A DNA stretch of 24,000 nt from Cedecea lapagei (GTDB lineage Bacteria; Pseudomonadota; Gammaproteobacteria; Enterobacterales; Enterobacteriaceae): assembly GCF_900635955.1 (NCBI RefSeq), contig NZ_LR134201.1:62124-86123 (forward strand), read 5' to 3'. A model generated the notes under the pieces. It was not told where the DNA came from. It did not search any database and was given only the letters and a program-made list of their open reading frames with translations. This document shows, in pieces, positions 1 to 9,239 of the stretch. A program made the position numbers and the translations under genes. Position 1 is the stretch's first letter; each line of letters begins with the position of its first letter.

Positions 1-62
1 TAGTGGTAAAGCATGACCAGGCCATAAAACGGTTTGCGGTGGTGGTTCTCTTCAAAGCCCAT
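1..62 (-). CDS. 5' end of a truncated minus-strand CDS leaving the window (starts MGFEENHHRKPFYGLVMLYH...), product unknown
   Basis: Reverse complement reads cgAGGAGtgacgcc-ATG with an uninterrupted frame to the window edge; divergent from the MocR-type gene. Confidence 0.45.
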   Translation of the reverse strand, partial: MGFEENHHRKPFYGLVMLYH

Positions 63-238
63 GGCGTCACTCCTCGCGGTTTTTCTGGTGCTATCATCCG
101 GCGAATGAGCAAAAGCAGACAGATTCAAAAATAACTTTTCTTTAACATACAGAAGGGCTAAAACATGAGCTGAATGGCATTTATTGCGCCATTCTGTATC
201 GATTTTTCTTTCTGTATGGTTTCCGGTGAGGATACAGC

Positions 239-1648
239 ATGACGCGTTACCAACATCTCGCCACGCTGCTGGCCGAGCGTATTGAGCAGGGGCTTTATCA
301 AAGCGGTGAGCGTCTGCCCTCGGTGCGCAGCCTGAGCAGTGAGCACGGCGTCAGCATCAGCACCGTGCAGCAGGCCTATCACGTACTTGAAGATCGGCAG
401 CTGATCTCTCCCCAGCCGCGCTCTGGTTACTTTGTGGCACCGCGTAAAGCGGTTCCTCCCGTTCCGCGCTTAACTCGCCCGGTACAGCGTCCGGTGGAAG
501 TGACGCAGTGGGATGCGGTACTGGAACTGGTGAACTCCCGGGATGACTGCGAGTTAATCGCCTTTGGCAGCGGGTCGCCGGATCTCACCCAGTCGACCAT
601 AAAACCGCTGTGGCGTGAGATGGCGCGGCTTGCGCAGTATCAGGAACCTGAGCTGCTGGGCTACGACGGCATGTTCGGCGTAAAAGCGCTGCGCGAGCAA
701 ATTGCGCGCCTGATGCTGGACAGCAACTGCGTGGTGAATGCCGACGACATCGTGGTGACCAACGGCTGCCATGAAGCTCTGTCGATTGCGATTCGCGCGG
801 TGTGTGAGCCGGACGACATTGTGGCGGTCGAGTCGCCGTCATTCCACGGCACCATGCAAATGCTGCGCGGGTACGGCATTAAAGTGATTGAAATTCCAAC
901 GGATTCCGTCACCGGCATTAGCCTTGAGGCGCTGGAGCTGGCGTTAGAGCAGTGGCCGATAAAAGCGGTGATTCTGGTATCGAACTGCAACAACCCGCTA
1001 GGGTTCATCATGCCGGATGCGCGCAAGAAAGCGATGATGTGCCTTGCTCAGCGCTTTGATATCGCGATTATCGAAGATGATGTCTACGGCGAACTGGCCT
1101 ATGAGTATCCGCGCCCGATGACGATTAAATCTCTGGACGTGGATGGCCGCGTTCTGCTGTGCAGCTCGTTTTCAAAAACGCTTGCGCCGGGGCTGCGGGT
1201 GGGCTGGATAGTGCCGGGGCGCTACCTCGACCGGGCGCTGCACAGCAAATATATTGGCACCGGCAGCAGCGCCACCTTCACCCAGCAGGCGGTGGCGGCG
1301 TTCATTCGTAACGGACACTATCACCGCCATCTCCGGCGTATGCGGCAGCACTATCAGCGCAACCTGGACGTTTTCACTTGTCGCGTGCGGCAATATTTCC
1401 CCTGCGGTATTTGCGTAAGCCGGCCGCAGGGCGGCTTTCTGATGTGGATTGAACTCCCGGAAGAGGTTGACGCAGTGCGGCTTGGCTATGCCCTGAAAGA
1501 GGCAAAAATACATATTGCGATCGGCTCGCTGTTTTCAGCCTCTGGAAAATACCGCAACTGCCTGCGGCTGAACTATTCTTTGCCGTTCAACGCCGTCACC
1601 GAGGCGGCCCTGAAAAGGCTGGGGGAAATCGTCGAGCGTGAGGTTTGA
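239..1648 (+). CDS. MocR-type transcriptional regulator: N-terminal GntR winged HTH fused to class I aminotransferase domain
   Basis: 469 aa; GntR HTH (GERLPSVRSLSSEHGVSISTVQQAYHVLE), PLP lysine region (CSSFSKTLAPGLRVGW) and NNPLG motif; resembles YdcR-like proteins. Confidence 0.93.
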   Translation: MTRYQHLATLLAERIEQGLYQSGERLPSVRSLSSEHGVSISTVQQAYHVLEDRQLISPQPRSGYFVAPRKAVPPVPRLTRPVQRPVEVTQWDAVLELVNSRDDCELIAFGSGSPDLTQSTIKPLWREMARLAQYQEPELLGYDGMFGVKALREQIARLMLDSNCVVNADDIVVTNGCHEALSIAIRAVCEPDDIVAVESPSFHGTMQMLRGYGIKVIEIPTDSVTGISLEALELALEQWPIKAVILVSNCNNPLGFIMPDARKKAMMCLAQRFDIAIIEDDVYGELAYEYPRPMTIKSLDVDGRVLLCSSFSKTLAPGLRVGWIVPGRYLDRALHSKYIGTGSSATFTQQAVAAFIRNGHYHRHLRRMRQHYQRNLDVFTCRVRQYFPCGICVSRPQGGFLMWIELPEEVDAVRLGYALKEAKIHIAIGSLFSASGKYRNCLRLNYSLPFNAVTEAALKRLGEIVEREV

Positions 1649-1831
1649 AAATACCCGACTAAATCGCTCTTTTTGTCGCCATTGATTGTGGATTTGCCGT
1701 TTTACACTCTGCTGTAATGCCGAAATATGGCCCTGGCAACTCTGACCATAAAAAAATAGCCGCCTGGGGCGGAAAAATGCAGTTTTTTCTGCGTTCGGCA
1801 GCGCGATGCCGGACATCGACAAAGGACGATC

Positions 1832-3472
1832 ATGAGCAGCGCAACATTGCAGATGCGGGAGCACTTTGAGACGTGTCTGGGGATTATTCGGCAGGCTTCT
1901 CTACAGATTCTGCCGCTCCTGAACATTCGTGCCGCCGAAGGCAAAGATCCGCAGTGGTTTTTCCAGCAGCTGGAGCAGGCCCGTATGGCGCTCGGCAGCT
2001 GGGGTGCCGTAGCAAAACGGCTGAATCTTAACGACTCAGAGATTTCACAGTTCACCCTTCTGCTGCGCCATCTACAGCAGCTGGTACCTCAGTATGAGAG
2101 CGGACAGGAAGTCGGCCAAAACCAGCTGCTCGCTGCCCTGCGATTTACCAGCTACCTTGAACACGTGCGTTTCAAGCAGCCGCTGCTGGGCTATTCCACC
2201 GAATTATCCTCTGATGTTGACGGGGTGCAGAAAGGCGCGCAGCAGCAGATGCGCGCGATTGAACTGATGCTGAAAGAGTTGGTGAGTCAGGCCTGGGAAA
2301 GCCAGGCAGATTTGGTCAATCAACTTAAAAACCAGTTTGGCGCGGATAAGGTTCGCCGCTGGCTGAAGCAGGGTGAAAGGGGCGATGTGCTAAGCGGGAT
2401 GAAGTTTAGCGAGCTGGCTCTGATGCTGGTGGATAAAAAAGAGTTTGCCCATCACTACGCAAAAATTTACCAAAATTCCCCGCAGCTGGGTTTTCTTATC
2501 GACCAGCGTAAAACCCTGCAAATCTTCCTCGACGGCGTCAGGCAGATTCGCAATGATCTGATGCACAAACAGCCGCTGACGACCGTTCAGGTGGCTCTGC
2601 TCGATAACTATTTTGGCGAAATCAGCGGCCCGGTGCAAAAAGCCTTTAGTGAGGGGCGTACCAAAGTTAATCCTTCAGCGCTGTTAGACGCCAATGACGC
2701 CGCGCTGCAAAGCTACCTTGAACAGGCTCGTAAAAACCACGCGGCCAAGGGCGGTGACCCTGAAGAGATCAGAGAGTCCATCGAACGTTATGACTCACGC
2801 GCTGATAAGAAGCAGCATGATGCCACTGGCGCTATCTCCACCGCGCTTTGGGCTTCGGTGGGTATTTTCGTCGTGGCGGTTGCGGTTGTGGGCCTCTATT
2901 TGCTTAGTGATATCTCCTCAAAACCTGGCATGGTGGCCACGCCACCGGTGGTGGTGAGCACGCCGGCACAGCAGAAAGAGCGCCCGGAATACAACAGCCC
3001 GCGCGATATGCTGGCCAACATGGGGATAACCTGGGACGAAAATAACCTTCGTACGGCGATTAACCGCAACGACGCTCGTATCGTCCGGCTGTTTATGCAG
3101 GGCGGTATGAACTGGAAGGTGTATTTCACCGAGCAGGCGCTGGCGGCAGATAACCGGGATGTATTGACCATTTTGCTACAGTATCGGCCGCAGATGGATG
3201 AGGCGCGCCCCTGTCGCCGGCTGATTAGCGCCACCGAACTGGAGATGAGGAAAGGGCAAAAGCTGACCTCGTTGAGAAAGCAATATTTAGCCAGCTTCTG
3301 CAGCTCTGCTACCGCAGTACAGCGGCAGAAAGAGGCGCTGCAGCGCGCGGAAATGCGCCTGGCGGCACAAAAGCAGCGCTATGAAGATGCCACGGCGCAG
3401 GGGCTGGTGGCCGAGCCGGTTGACGAGCTGAACGTGAAAATTCAGCAGGCGATATACAACGCGATACGTTAA
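1832..3472 (+). CDS. HEPN domain-containing membrane protein with C-terminal ankyrin-like segment (resembles STY4199 family)
   Basis: 546 aa; HEPN R-x4-H motif (IRNDLMH), hydrophobic helix ALWASVGIFVVAVAVVGLYLL, ankyrin-like NDARIVRLFMQGGM / DNRDVLTILLQY; AAGGA SD just upstream of ATG. Confidence 0.75.
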   Translation: MSSATLQMREHFETCLGIIRQASLQILPLLNIRAAEGKDPQWFFQQLEQARMALGSWGAVAKRLNLNDSEISQFTLLLRHLQQLVPQYESGQEVGQNQLLAALRFTSYLEHVRFKQPLLGYSTELSSDVDGVQKGAQQQMRAIELMLKELVSQAWESQADLVNQLKNQFGADKVRRWLKQGERGDVLSGMKFSELALMLVDKKEFAHHYAKIYQNSPQLGFLIDQRKTLQIFLDGVRQIRNDLMHKQPLTTVQVALLDNYFGEISGPVQKAFSEGRTKVNPSALLDANDAALQSYLEQARKNHAAKGGDPEEIRESIERYDSRADKKQHDATGAISTALWASVGIFVVAVAVVGLYLLSDISSKPGMVATPPVVVSTPAQQKERPEYNSPRDMLANMGITWDENNLRTAINRNDARIVRLFMQGGMNWKVYFTEQALAADNRDVLTILLQYRPQMDEARPCRRLISATELEMRKGQKLTSLRKQYLASFCSSATAVQRQKEALQRAEMRLAAQKQRYEDATAQGLVAEPVDELNVKIQQAIYNAIR

Positions 3473-3478
3473 TCATGC

Positions 3479-3504
3479 GGGGCTGCCTGCGGGCCGGCAG
3501 CCCC
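3479..3504. repeat. Perfect inverted repeat (9 bp arms, 8 nt loop), possible convergent terminator or transcript-end hairpin
   Basis: GGGGCTGCC-TGCGGGCC-GGCAGCCCC between the convergent HEPN and omptin genes; no clear T-tract. Confidence 0.6.
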
Positions 3505-3540
3505 TGATGAACAATAAGAAAACTATTGGGCCATAAACCT

Positions 3541-4473
3541 TTAGAAACGATACTGAACGCCGACGCCGTAGGTATAGCTGTCGTTGCTCAGGCCTGCCGC
3601 GTCGCCGCCTTCAGACCAGGTTTCTCCGGTTTTATTATCACGCGTTTTCGTCGAGGCTTTCGCTTCGGCAAAACGCGTCCACGTTAATTCGGTATAGAGA
3701 CGGGTATTCGGCGTGACGTAATACCCGGCAGAAACGGTAGCAGCGTAATAATTAGAATTATTGCCTTTTTCGCTAAAGCTCAGCTGACGCATATAATGCT
3801 CGTCATTATCTCGCGCATTTACCCACGGGCTGAATTTAAATTGTCCTGCTAAATCAAAATCCTGGTAACGATAGCTCGCGGTTAACCCCAAATACGGGAC
3901 GCTGAATTTCTGGCTGTACCCAATACCCGGTTTTCCGGCAGGAAATTCACCGACCAGCGCACCATTAAAATAGTTATACGAGCCGCCGCGGGCTGTCCAG
4001 CTATAACGAGTTTCCTGGTAACCGGTGACGATGCCAAGGTTATAAGTTGGCTCCTTCAACAGCCAGCCGGTGAAATTAAGATCAAACTGATTGGCGTAAT
4101 TCAGGCTGGTGTCAGGGTGGGTGGACTTGTCGCTCCAGTGGCTCTGCCCTGGCGTTTGCCAGTCATAATCTGTCATGTGCGAGCCGCGTGAGGCAAAGGT
4201 TGTCCAGCCATTAGCGTTGAGGGTGATATACCGCTGGGCATCCCAGCTAATGCCGCCTTTAATAATGGGCGTGTTTTTAATTTTCCATTTCAGTTCACTT
4301 AATTTACTGCCATCGTGTTGATTATAAACGAGCTCTTTAGATTCTCCGTTCAAAACGCCGGTGGAAATATTTGCAGTTACTGCATCGGGTGAAAAATTAA
4401 AACTGGTCGAAGCGAGCAGCGCCGGACTAAATAGCAATGCGGCGGCCGCAGGCAGGTATTTTTGCTTGTGCAT
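3541..4473 (-). CDS. Omptin family outer membrane protease (OmpT/PgtE/Pla-like)
   Basis: 310 aa; signal peptide, omptin catalytic regions (HMTDYDW with Asp pair, ARDNDEHY with Asp-x-His), terminal F beta-barrel signature (YGVGVQYRF). Confidence 0.95.
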   Translation of the reverse strand: MHKQKYLPAAAALLFSPALLASTSFNFSPDAVTANISTGVLNGESKELVYNQHDGSKLSELKWKIKNTPIIKGGISWDAQRYITLNANGWTTFASRGSHMTDYDWQTPGQSHWSDKSTHPDTSLNYANQFDLNFTGWLLKEPTYNLGIVTGYQETRYSWTARGGSYNYFNGALVGEFPAGKPGIGYSQKFSVPYLGLTASYRYQDFDLAGQFKFSPWVNARDNDEHYMRQLSFSEKGNNSNYYAATVSAGYYVTPNTRLYTELTWTRFAEAKASTKTRDNKTGETWSEGGDAAGLSNDSYTYGVGVQYRF

Positions 4474-4950
4474 GATGTATCGTTCTGTTTTCTATAACAT
4501 TGGTTTTGTGTTGCAAAAAATAACCCTGTACGGACAGGTTAAAGGCCGCAAAGGATCATGGTTGCGCGATAAATTATGTTGTTGAAAATTATTATTAGTT
4601 TGTCTTGCCAGGCAAAACGAAGCGTAGTGTATGGACTGTTTTTAGGCAGGGGAAAGATTATTTTCTGCTGATGAATATTTGAACGATGAATTATTTGATT
4701 TTAAAGAGAATTAAATTTGTAGCTTTTTGTTACAGGGATATATCATAACTATTCATATGTATTTATTGAAGAAATTTAACTTAAGGACGATTTGCCGGTA
4801 AAGCCCAGGGGTCTCTGGCATATTCATTCCACTCTCTTTTTAGCTCTTGCGGCTTCACCCTGGCAGGGCACGCGGCGTAATGCCGGAAAAAATTAAAGCT
4901 GCTAATCTTCGGGCCGACACTGTTAGCTGACCCTTTACCTGGAGTGACCT

Positions 4951-5487
4951 ATGGAGCCGCTGCTGACTACGCCGCGCCTGACGCTGCGCAAGTTTACCCG
5001 TGCGGATTTACCCGTTTTTATTGAATACCGTAATCAGCCGGAAGTGGCCCGCTACCAGAGCTGGGACGGCTACAGCCAGGCCGATGCCGAGGCGTTTTAT
5101 GCTCAGCAGGCGCCGCTGGCGTTTAATACCGACGAAAGCTGGTTCCAGATTGCGGTCGTGCGCAGCGAAGACCAGCGTTTGCTGGGGGACGTGGCCGTTC
5201 ACTTTTTTCATGATGGCCAGCAGGCAGAATTAGGCATGACCTTTGACGAACGCCATCAGCGCCAGGGATTCGCTTTCGAATCTTTGCGCGGGGTGATTGA
5301 GCTGCTGTTCACTGCTTACAACAAACACCGCCTGGTGGCGACGGTGGATGCCAGGAATGCGGCGGCGGCGGCCCTGCTGGAAAAACTGGGTTTTCGTCGC
5401 GAAGCACATTTTCGCAAGAATATTTTATTTAAAGGCGAATGGGGTGATGAATATGCCTACGGGCTGTTACGCAGCGAATGGAAATAA
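4951..5487 (+). CDS. GNAT family N-acetyltransferase (RimJ/RimL-like)
   Basis: 178 aa; MEPLLTTPRLTLRKFTRADL start, GMTFDERHQRQGFAFESLRGVIELLF acetyl-CoA binding region, LLEKLGFRREAHF. Confidence 0.9.
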   Translation: MEPLLTTPRLTLRKFTRADLPVFIEYRNQPEVARYQSWDGYSQADAEAFYAQQAPLAFNTDESWFQIAVVRSEDQRLLGDVAVHFFHDGQQAELGMTFDERHQRQGFAFESLRGVIELLFTAYNKHRLVATVDARNAAAAALLEKLGFRREAHFRKNILFKGEWGDEYAYGLLRSEWK

Positions 5488-5488
5488 A

Positions 5489-5517
5489 AATAACGGCCTG
5501 CTTCTCAGGCCTTTATT
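5489..5517 (+). terminator. Rho-independent terminator downstream of the GNAT gene
   Basis: GGCCTG-CTTCT-CAGGCC stem-loop with flanking AT pairs followed by TTTATTCTTTTTG. Confidence 0.75.
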
Positions 5518-5627
5518 CTTTTTGTTATTTAACAGCGAGCTATAACAACAGGAACTGAAAAATCTATTTAATATTGTCTGAGCGTTACTTTATGATTTTG
5601 TGCGTTTTAATTTAGTCCTCAGGATGG

Positions 5628-5644
5628 TGTTTAGGTTTTGTTTA
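5628..5644 (+). promoter_or_regulatory. Candidate PhoP box upstream of the Kdo hydroxylase-like gene
   Basis: TGTTTA-GGTTT-TGTTTA matches (T/G)GTTTA-N5-(T/G)GTTTA exactly; TATACT at 5666-5671 is a possible -10 with little -35 similarity. Confidence 0.5.
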
Positions 5645-5800
5645 ACTTTCGATTTTCATTCTTACTATACTGGATAAAACCCTTTTTGGTATGCATTCGC
5701 CACCCTATGGCGGGATCATTCTTACGTCTTTCTAAAAATAAAATACTCCGGAAATTAATCTGTTAAATACACCGTCCGGATATTTGGCAAGGACATTGAT

Positions 5801-6694
5801 ATGGCAGATTTAAACCTCTCTCTTGATACTGTGACCCTGACGCATCCTCTTTCTGTATGGGGGGGAGCCGTAGCTGAATCGGTGGTGGGCGACCTGGAGC
5901 AGGGCAAAGTCATTTTCCTGCCGCAGCTGGCTTTTGCGCTCACCGGGCAGGAAAAGGCCCTGCTTAACCCGGCGGTGGTTGACCCGAAACGCAAGAACAT
6001 CAGCTATCAGCCGCTAAAGGATAAGCTGACCGGCGTTGCGATCCCTGAGCAGGAGCCGGAAGTTCGCGCTCTGCTGAAACGCCACTACGAAGCCTGCCAG
6101 AAGCTTATCGCTACTCTGCTGCCGGAATACCAGCAGGTGCTGCATACGCCGACCAACAGCCTGCGCCTGCATCCTGTTAAGCAGTGGACGCAAAACACCT
6201 CCTGGCGTAAAGACGACAGCCGCCTGCACGTGGATGCTTTCCCGTCCCGCCCTAACTACGGCGAGCGCATCCTGCGTATTTTCACCAACATCAATCCGGC
6301 CGGTGAAAGCCGCAGCTGGCGCGTTGGCGAAGCTTTCCCTACGCTGGCCGAGCGCTTCCTTCCGCGCCTGAAAAGCTATTCCCCGGCGAGCAGCTGGCTG
6401 CAGAACGCCGTCGGCATCACCAAAACTCGCCGTAGCCATTACGACCACCTGATGCTGCAGATGCACGATGCGATGAAGGCCGATGCGGACTACCAGAAAC
6501 AGGGGCCGCAGGTGGCCATCGACTTCCCGCCGGGCAGCAGCTGGATCTGTTTCTCCGACCAGACGCCGCATGCCGCCATGGGCGGGCAGTTTATGCTGGA
6601 GCAAACCTTCCTGCTGCCGGTCGAGGAGATGCAAAACCCGCAGACCTCGCCGCTGAAGGTGCTGGAAGGTATATTGCATAAGCCGCTGATCTAA
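5801..6694 (+). CDS. kdoO: Kdo hydroxylase family protein (KdoO-like, Fe(II)/2-oxoglutarate-dependent dioxygenase of the lipid A-core region)
   Basis: 297 aa; HVDAFPSRPNYGERILRIFTNINP (HxD) and QTPHAAMGGQF (distal His) as in KdoO-type proteins. Confidence 0.8.
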   Translation: MADLNLSLDTVTLTHPLSVWGGAVAESVVGDLEQGKVIFLPQLAFALTGQEKALLNPAVVDPKRKNISYQPLKDKLTGVAIPEQEPEVRALLKRHYEACQKLIATLLPEYQQVLHTPTNSLRLHPVKQWTQNTSWRKDDSRLHVDAFPSRPNYGERILRIFTNINPAGESRSWRVGEAFPTLAERFLPRLKSYSPASSWLQNAVGITKTRRSHYDHLMLQMHDAMKADADYQKQGPQVAIDFPPGSSWICFSDQTPHAAMGGQFMLEQTFLLPVEEMQNPQTSPLKVLEGILHKPLI

Positions 6695-6715
6695 ATGCAA
6701 TTTGACAGGTAATAA

Positions 6716-6743
6716 AAAAGGCCAGAGTCACCTCTGGCCTTTT
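6716..6743. terminator. Bidirectional rho-independent terminator between the Kdo hydroxylase gene and gor
   Basis: AAAAGGCCAGAG-TCAC-CTCTGGCCTTTT, perfect 12 bp stem with A/T tracts on both sides. Confidence 0.92.
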
Positions 6744-6762
6744 GTCTTTATCCCGAAAGGGA

Positions 6763-8115
6763 TTAACGCATGGTAACAAACTCTTCCGCTGCGGTGGGGT
6801 GGATCGCCACGGTGTTGTCGAAGTCTTTCTTAGTCGCGCCCATTTTCAGCGCTACGGCGAAGCCCTGCAGGATTTCGTCCATACCAAAACCGATGCCGTG
6901 AATACCGACGATTTTCTCGTCCGGGCCCGCACAGACCAGCTTCATACGGCACGGCTGGCGGTGAGAGGTCACGGCGGTGTACATGGCGGTGAAGGAGGAT
7001 TTGTAGACCTTCACGTTGTCGTCGCCGTACTGCTCGCGCGCCTGCGGTTCGGTCAGGCCAACGGTGCCGATTGGCGGGTGGCTGAAGACCACGGTCGGCA
7101 CGTTGCTGTAGTCCAGATGCTCGTCCGGCTTGTTGTTAAACAGGCGCTCGGACAGGCGACGACCAGCGGCAACGGCGACAGGCGTCAGCTCAACTGCGCC
7201 GGTGTTATCGCCCACGGCATAAATGCCCGGCACGTTGGTGTTCTGGAACTTATCGACCTTGATATAGCCTTTTGCATCCAGCTCAACGCCGGTCACCTGC
7301 AGGTTGAAGTTGTCGTTAGCCGGTTCACGACCGATCGCCCAAATCAGGGTATCGACGGTTTCTGCGCGGCCATCTTCCAGCTCCAGCGTCAGGCTGCCGT
7401 CTGCGTTTTTCACCACTGCTTTTGGAACCGCGTTGGTGTGCAGGGTCGGGCCTTCTGCCGCAATCACTTCCAGCAGCGTCTCAACAATCAACGGGTCGAA
7501 GGTGCGCAGCGGCGCGTGCTTACGCACGAACAGGTGGGTTTCTGAGCCCAGCGCGTTAATTACGCCGGCGATTTCTACCGCGATGTAGCCCGCGCCAACC
7601 ACCGCCACGCGTTTTGGCAGGCCCGGTAGCTCAAAGAAGCCGTCGGAGTCGATGCCGTACTCAGCACCAGGGATGTTCGGGTGGCTTGGACGGCCGCCGG
7701 TGGCGATCAGAATATGGTCTGCGGTGATGGTTTCGCCGTTTACTTCCACGGTATGGGCATCAACGAACTTCGCAAAGCCGCGGATCACGTCAACTTTATT
7801 CTTGCCCAATACGTTGTCGTATGAGGTATGAATGCGGTCAATATAGGCGGTACGGCTGGCAATCAGTTTGTCCCAGTCGAAATGGTTCAGCGTGGTGTCA
7901 AAGCCGTAGTCCGGGCCATAGTTGTGAATCGCCTCGGCGATTTGCGCCGCATGCCACATCACTTTTTTAGGCACACAGCCGACGTTGACGCAGGTGCCGC
8001 CCAGATCTTTCGCCTCAATCAGTGCGCACTTCTGCCCATACATTGCCGCACGGTTAATCGAGGCGATACCGCCGCTGCCGCCGCCGATGGCGAGGTAGTC
8101 ATAATGTTTGGTCAT
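6763..8115 (-). CDS. gor: Glutathione-disulfide reductase
   Basis: 450 aa; [27 protein letters not shown], redox motif [17 protein letters not shown]-terminal [12 protein letters not shown]. Confidence 0.98.
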   Translation of the reverse strand: MTKHYDYLAIGGGSGGIASINRAAMYGQKCALIEAKDLGGTCVNVGCVPKKVMWHAAQIAEAIHNYGPDYGFDTTLNHFDWDKLIASRTAYIDRIHTSYDNVLGKNKVDVIRGFAKFVDAHTVEVNGETITADHILIATGGRPSHPNIPGAEYGIDSDGFFELPGLPKRVAVVGAGYIAVEIAGVINALGSETHLFVRKHAPLRTFDPLIVETLLEVIAAEGPTLHTNAVPKAVVKNADGSLTLELEDGRAETVDTLIWAIGREPANDNFNLQVTGVELDAKGYIKVDKFQNTNVPGIYAVGDNTGAVELTPVAVAAGRRLSERLFNNKPDEHLDYSNVPTVVFSHPPIGTVGLTEPQAREQYGDDNVKVYKSSFTAMYTAVTSHRQPCRMKLVCAGPDEKIVGIHGIGFGMDEILQGFAVALKMGATKKDFDNTVAIHPTAAEEFVTMR

Positions 8116-8201
8116 GATGTTTCCCTTTTGAGTCGAAAATTAGGCGCGATTGTAGCGCGCCGGGATAAAGGTTCTACCGATTGTTGTAAAAGGGATGGCC
8201 G

Positions 8202-9044
8202 TTATTCCGGCACAATCCAGCTGAGCGTGGTGGAGCCGGTGCCCGCGGGCACCAGCTTTTTATGCAGCCACGGCAGCACGTTTGCCATCTGCTGTTCCAG
8301 CTTCCACGGTGGATTGATCACAATCATGCCGGAAGCCGTCATGCCGCGCTGGTCGCTGTCCGGGCGAACCGCCAGCTCGATTTGCAGGATGCGGCGGATG
8401 CCGGTCTCTTCCAGGTCGCGGATCATGCGTTTGATTTGCTGGCGCAGCACTACCGGGTACCACAGCGCGTAGGTGCCGGTGGCAAAGCGTTTGTAGCCTT
8501 CAGCGATGCCTTTTACTACGTCCTGATAGTCGGTTTTGATCTCATACGGTGGGTCGATGAGGATCAGGCCGCGTCGGGAAACCGGCGGCAGCTTCGCTTT
8601 CAACTGCTGGTAGCCGTCGGCACGTTCAACGCGGGCGCGCTCATCTTTCTGGAACTCGGAGCGCAGCAGCGGGAAGTCGGAAGGGTGCAGTTCGGTGAGC
8701 TGCAGGCTGTCCTGCTCGCGCAGAAGATGACGGGCAATCAGCGGCGAGCCCGGGTAATAGCGCAGGTTGCCGCTACGGTTCAGGTGTTGCACCGCGCCAA
8801 TATAGGCTTCCAGCTCGGCAGGCAAATCGTCCTGCTGCCAGATGCGCGCGATACCTTCCAGATACTCGCCGGTGCGCTCCGCATGTTCGCTGCTCAGCTG
8901 GTAACGACCGGCGCCTGCGTGAGTGTCGAGATAGAGAAACGGCTTCTCCTTCTCTTTTAGCGATTCAATAATCAGGCTTTGAACGGTGTGTTTCAGTACG
9001 TCGGCATGGTTACCGGCGTGAAAGCTGTGGCGATAGCTGAGCAT
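8202..9044 (-). CDS. rlmJ: 23S rRNA (adenine2030-N6)-methyltransferase
   Basis: 280 aa; MLSYRHSFHAGNHADVLKH start, LIDPPYE catalytic motif; adjacent to gor as in E. coli. Confidence 0.97.
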   Translation of the reverse strand: MLSYRHSFHAGNHADVLKHTVQSLIIESLKEKEKPFLYLDTHAGAGRYQLSSEHAERTGEYLEGIARIWQQDDLPAELEAYIGAVQHLNRSGNLRYYPGSPLIARHLLREQDSLQLTELHPSDFPLLRSEFQKDERARVERADGYQQLKAKLPPVSRRGLILIDPPYEIKTDYQDVVKGIAEGYKRFATGTYALWYPVVLRQQIKRMIRDLEETGIRRILQIELAVRPDSDQRGMTASGMIVINPPWKLEQQMANVLPWLHKKLVPAGTGSTTLSWIVPE

Positions 9045-9164
9045 GGGGGATGGTATTCCGCAAATAAGAAAACAAATTTCCCACAGTTTACCGCAGATTG
9101 CGGAGGATTACCGCCCGGGCGCGGCGCTGTTTCAATCGGGCCTAAAACGTTTCAAAACATAAAT

Positions 9165-9182
9165 GTGTCATAAAAACGTCAA
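9165..9182 (+). promoter_or_regulatory. Candidate Pho box (PhoB site) upstream of the PAP2 phosphatase gene
   Basis: GTGTCAT-AAAA-ACGTCAA versus CTGTCATAAAACTGTCAC, 14 of 18 positions by eye; located 58 bp upstream of the start codon. Confidence 0.4.
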
Positions 9183-9239
9183 ATTTCCAGGATAGCGTCG
9201 CAGCCAGGCAAGGTAATCGTTTGAATAAAAGGAAAAATA

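Noticed and set aside
4474-4760. PhoP box upstream of the omptin gene
   Set aside because: Because some omptins are PhoP-regulated, I scanned both strands for paired (T/G)GTTTA repeats with 5 nt spacing and found none.
6014-6700. 228 aa minus-strand ORF opposite the Kdo hydroxylase gene
   Set aside because: Translation has no domain-like pattern, and the + strand has the conserved HxD...H motif.
6742-7545. 267 aa plus-strand ORF opposite gor
   Set aside because: Antisense to a definite gor gene, overlaps the terminator side, and has no recognisable family features.
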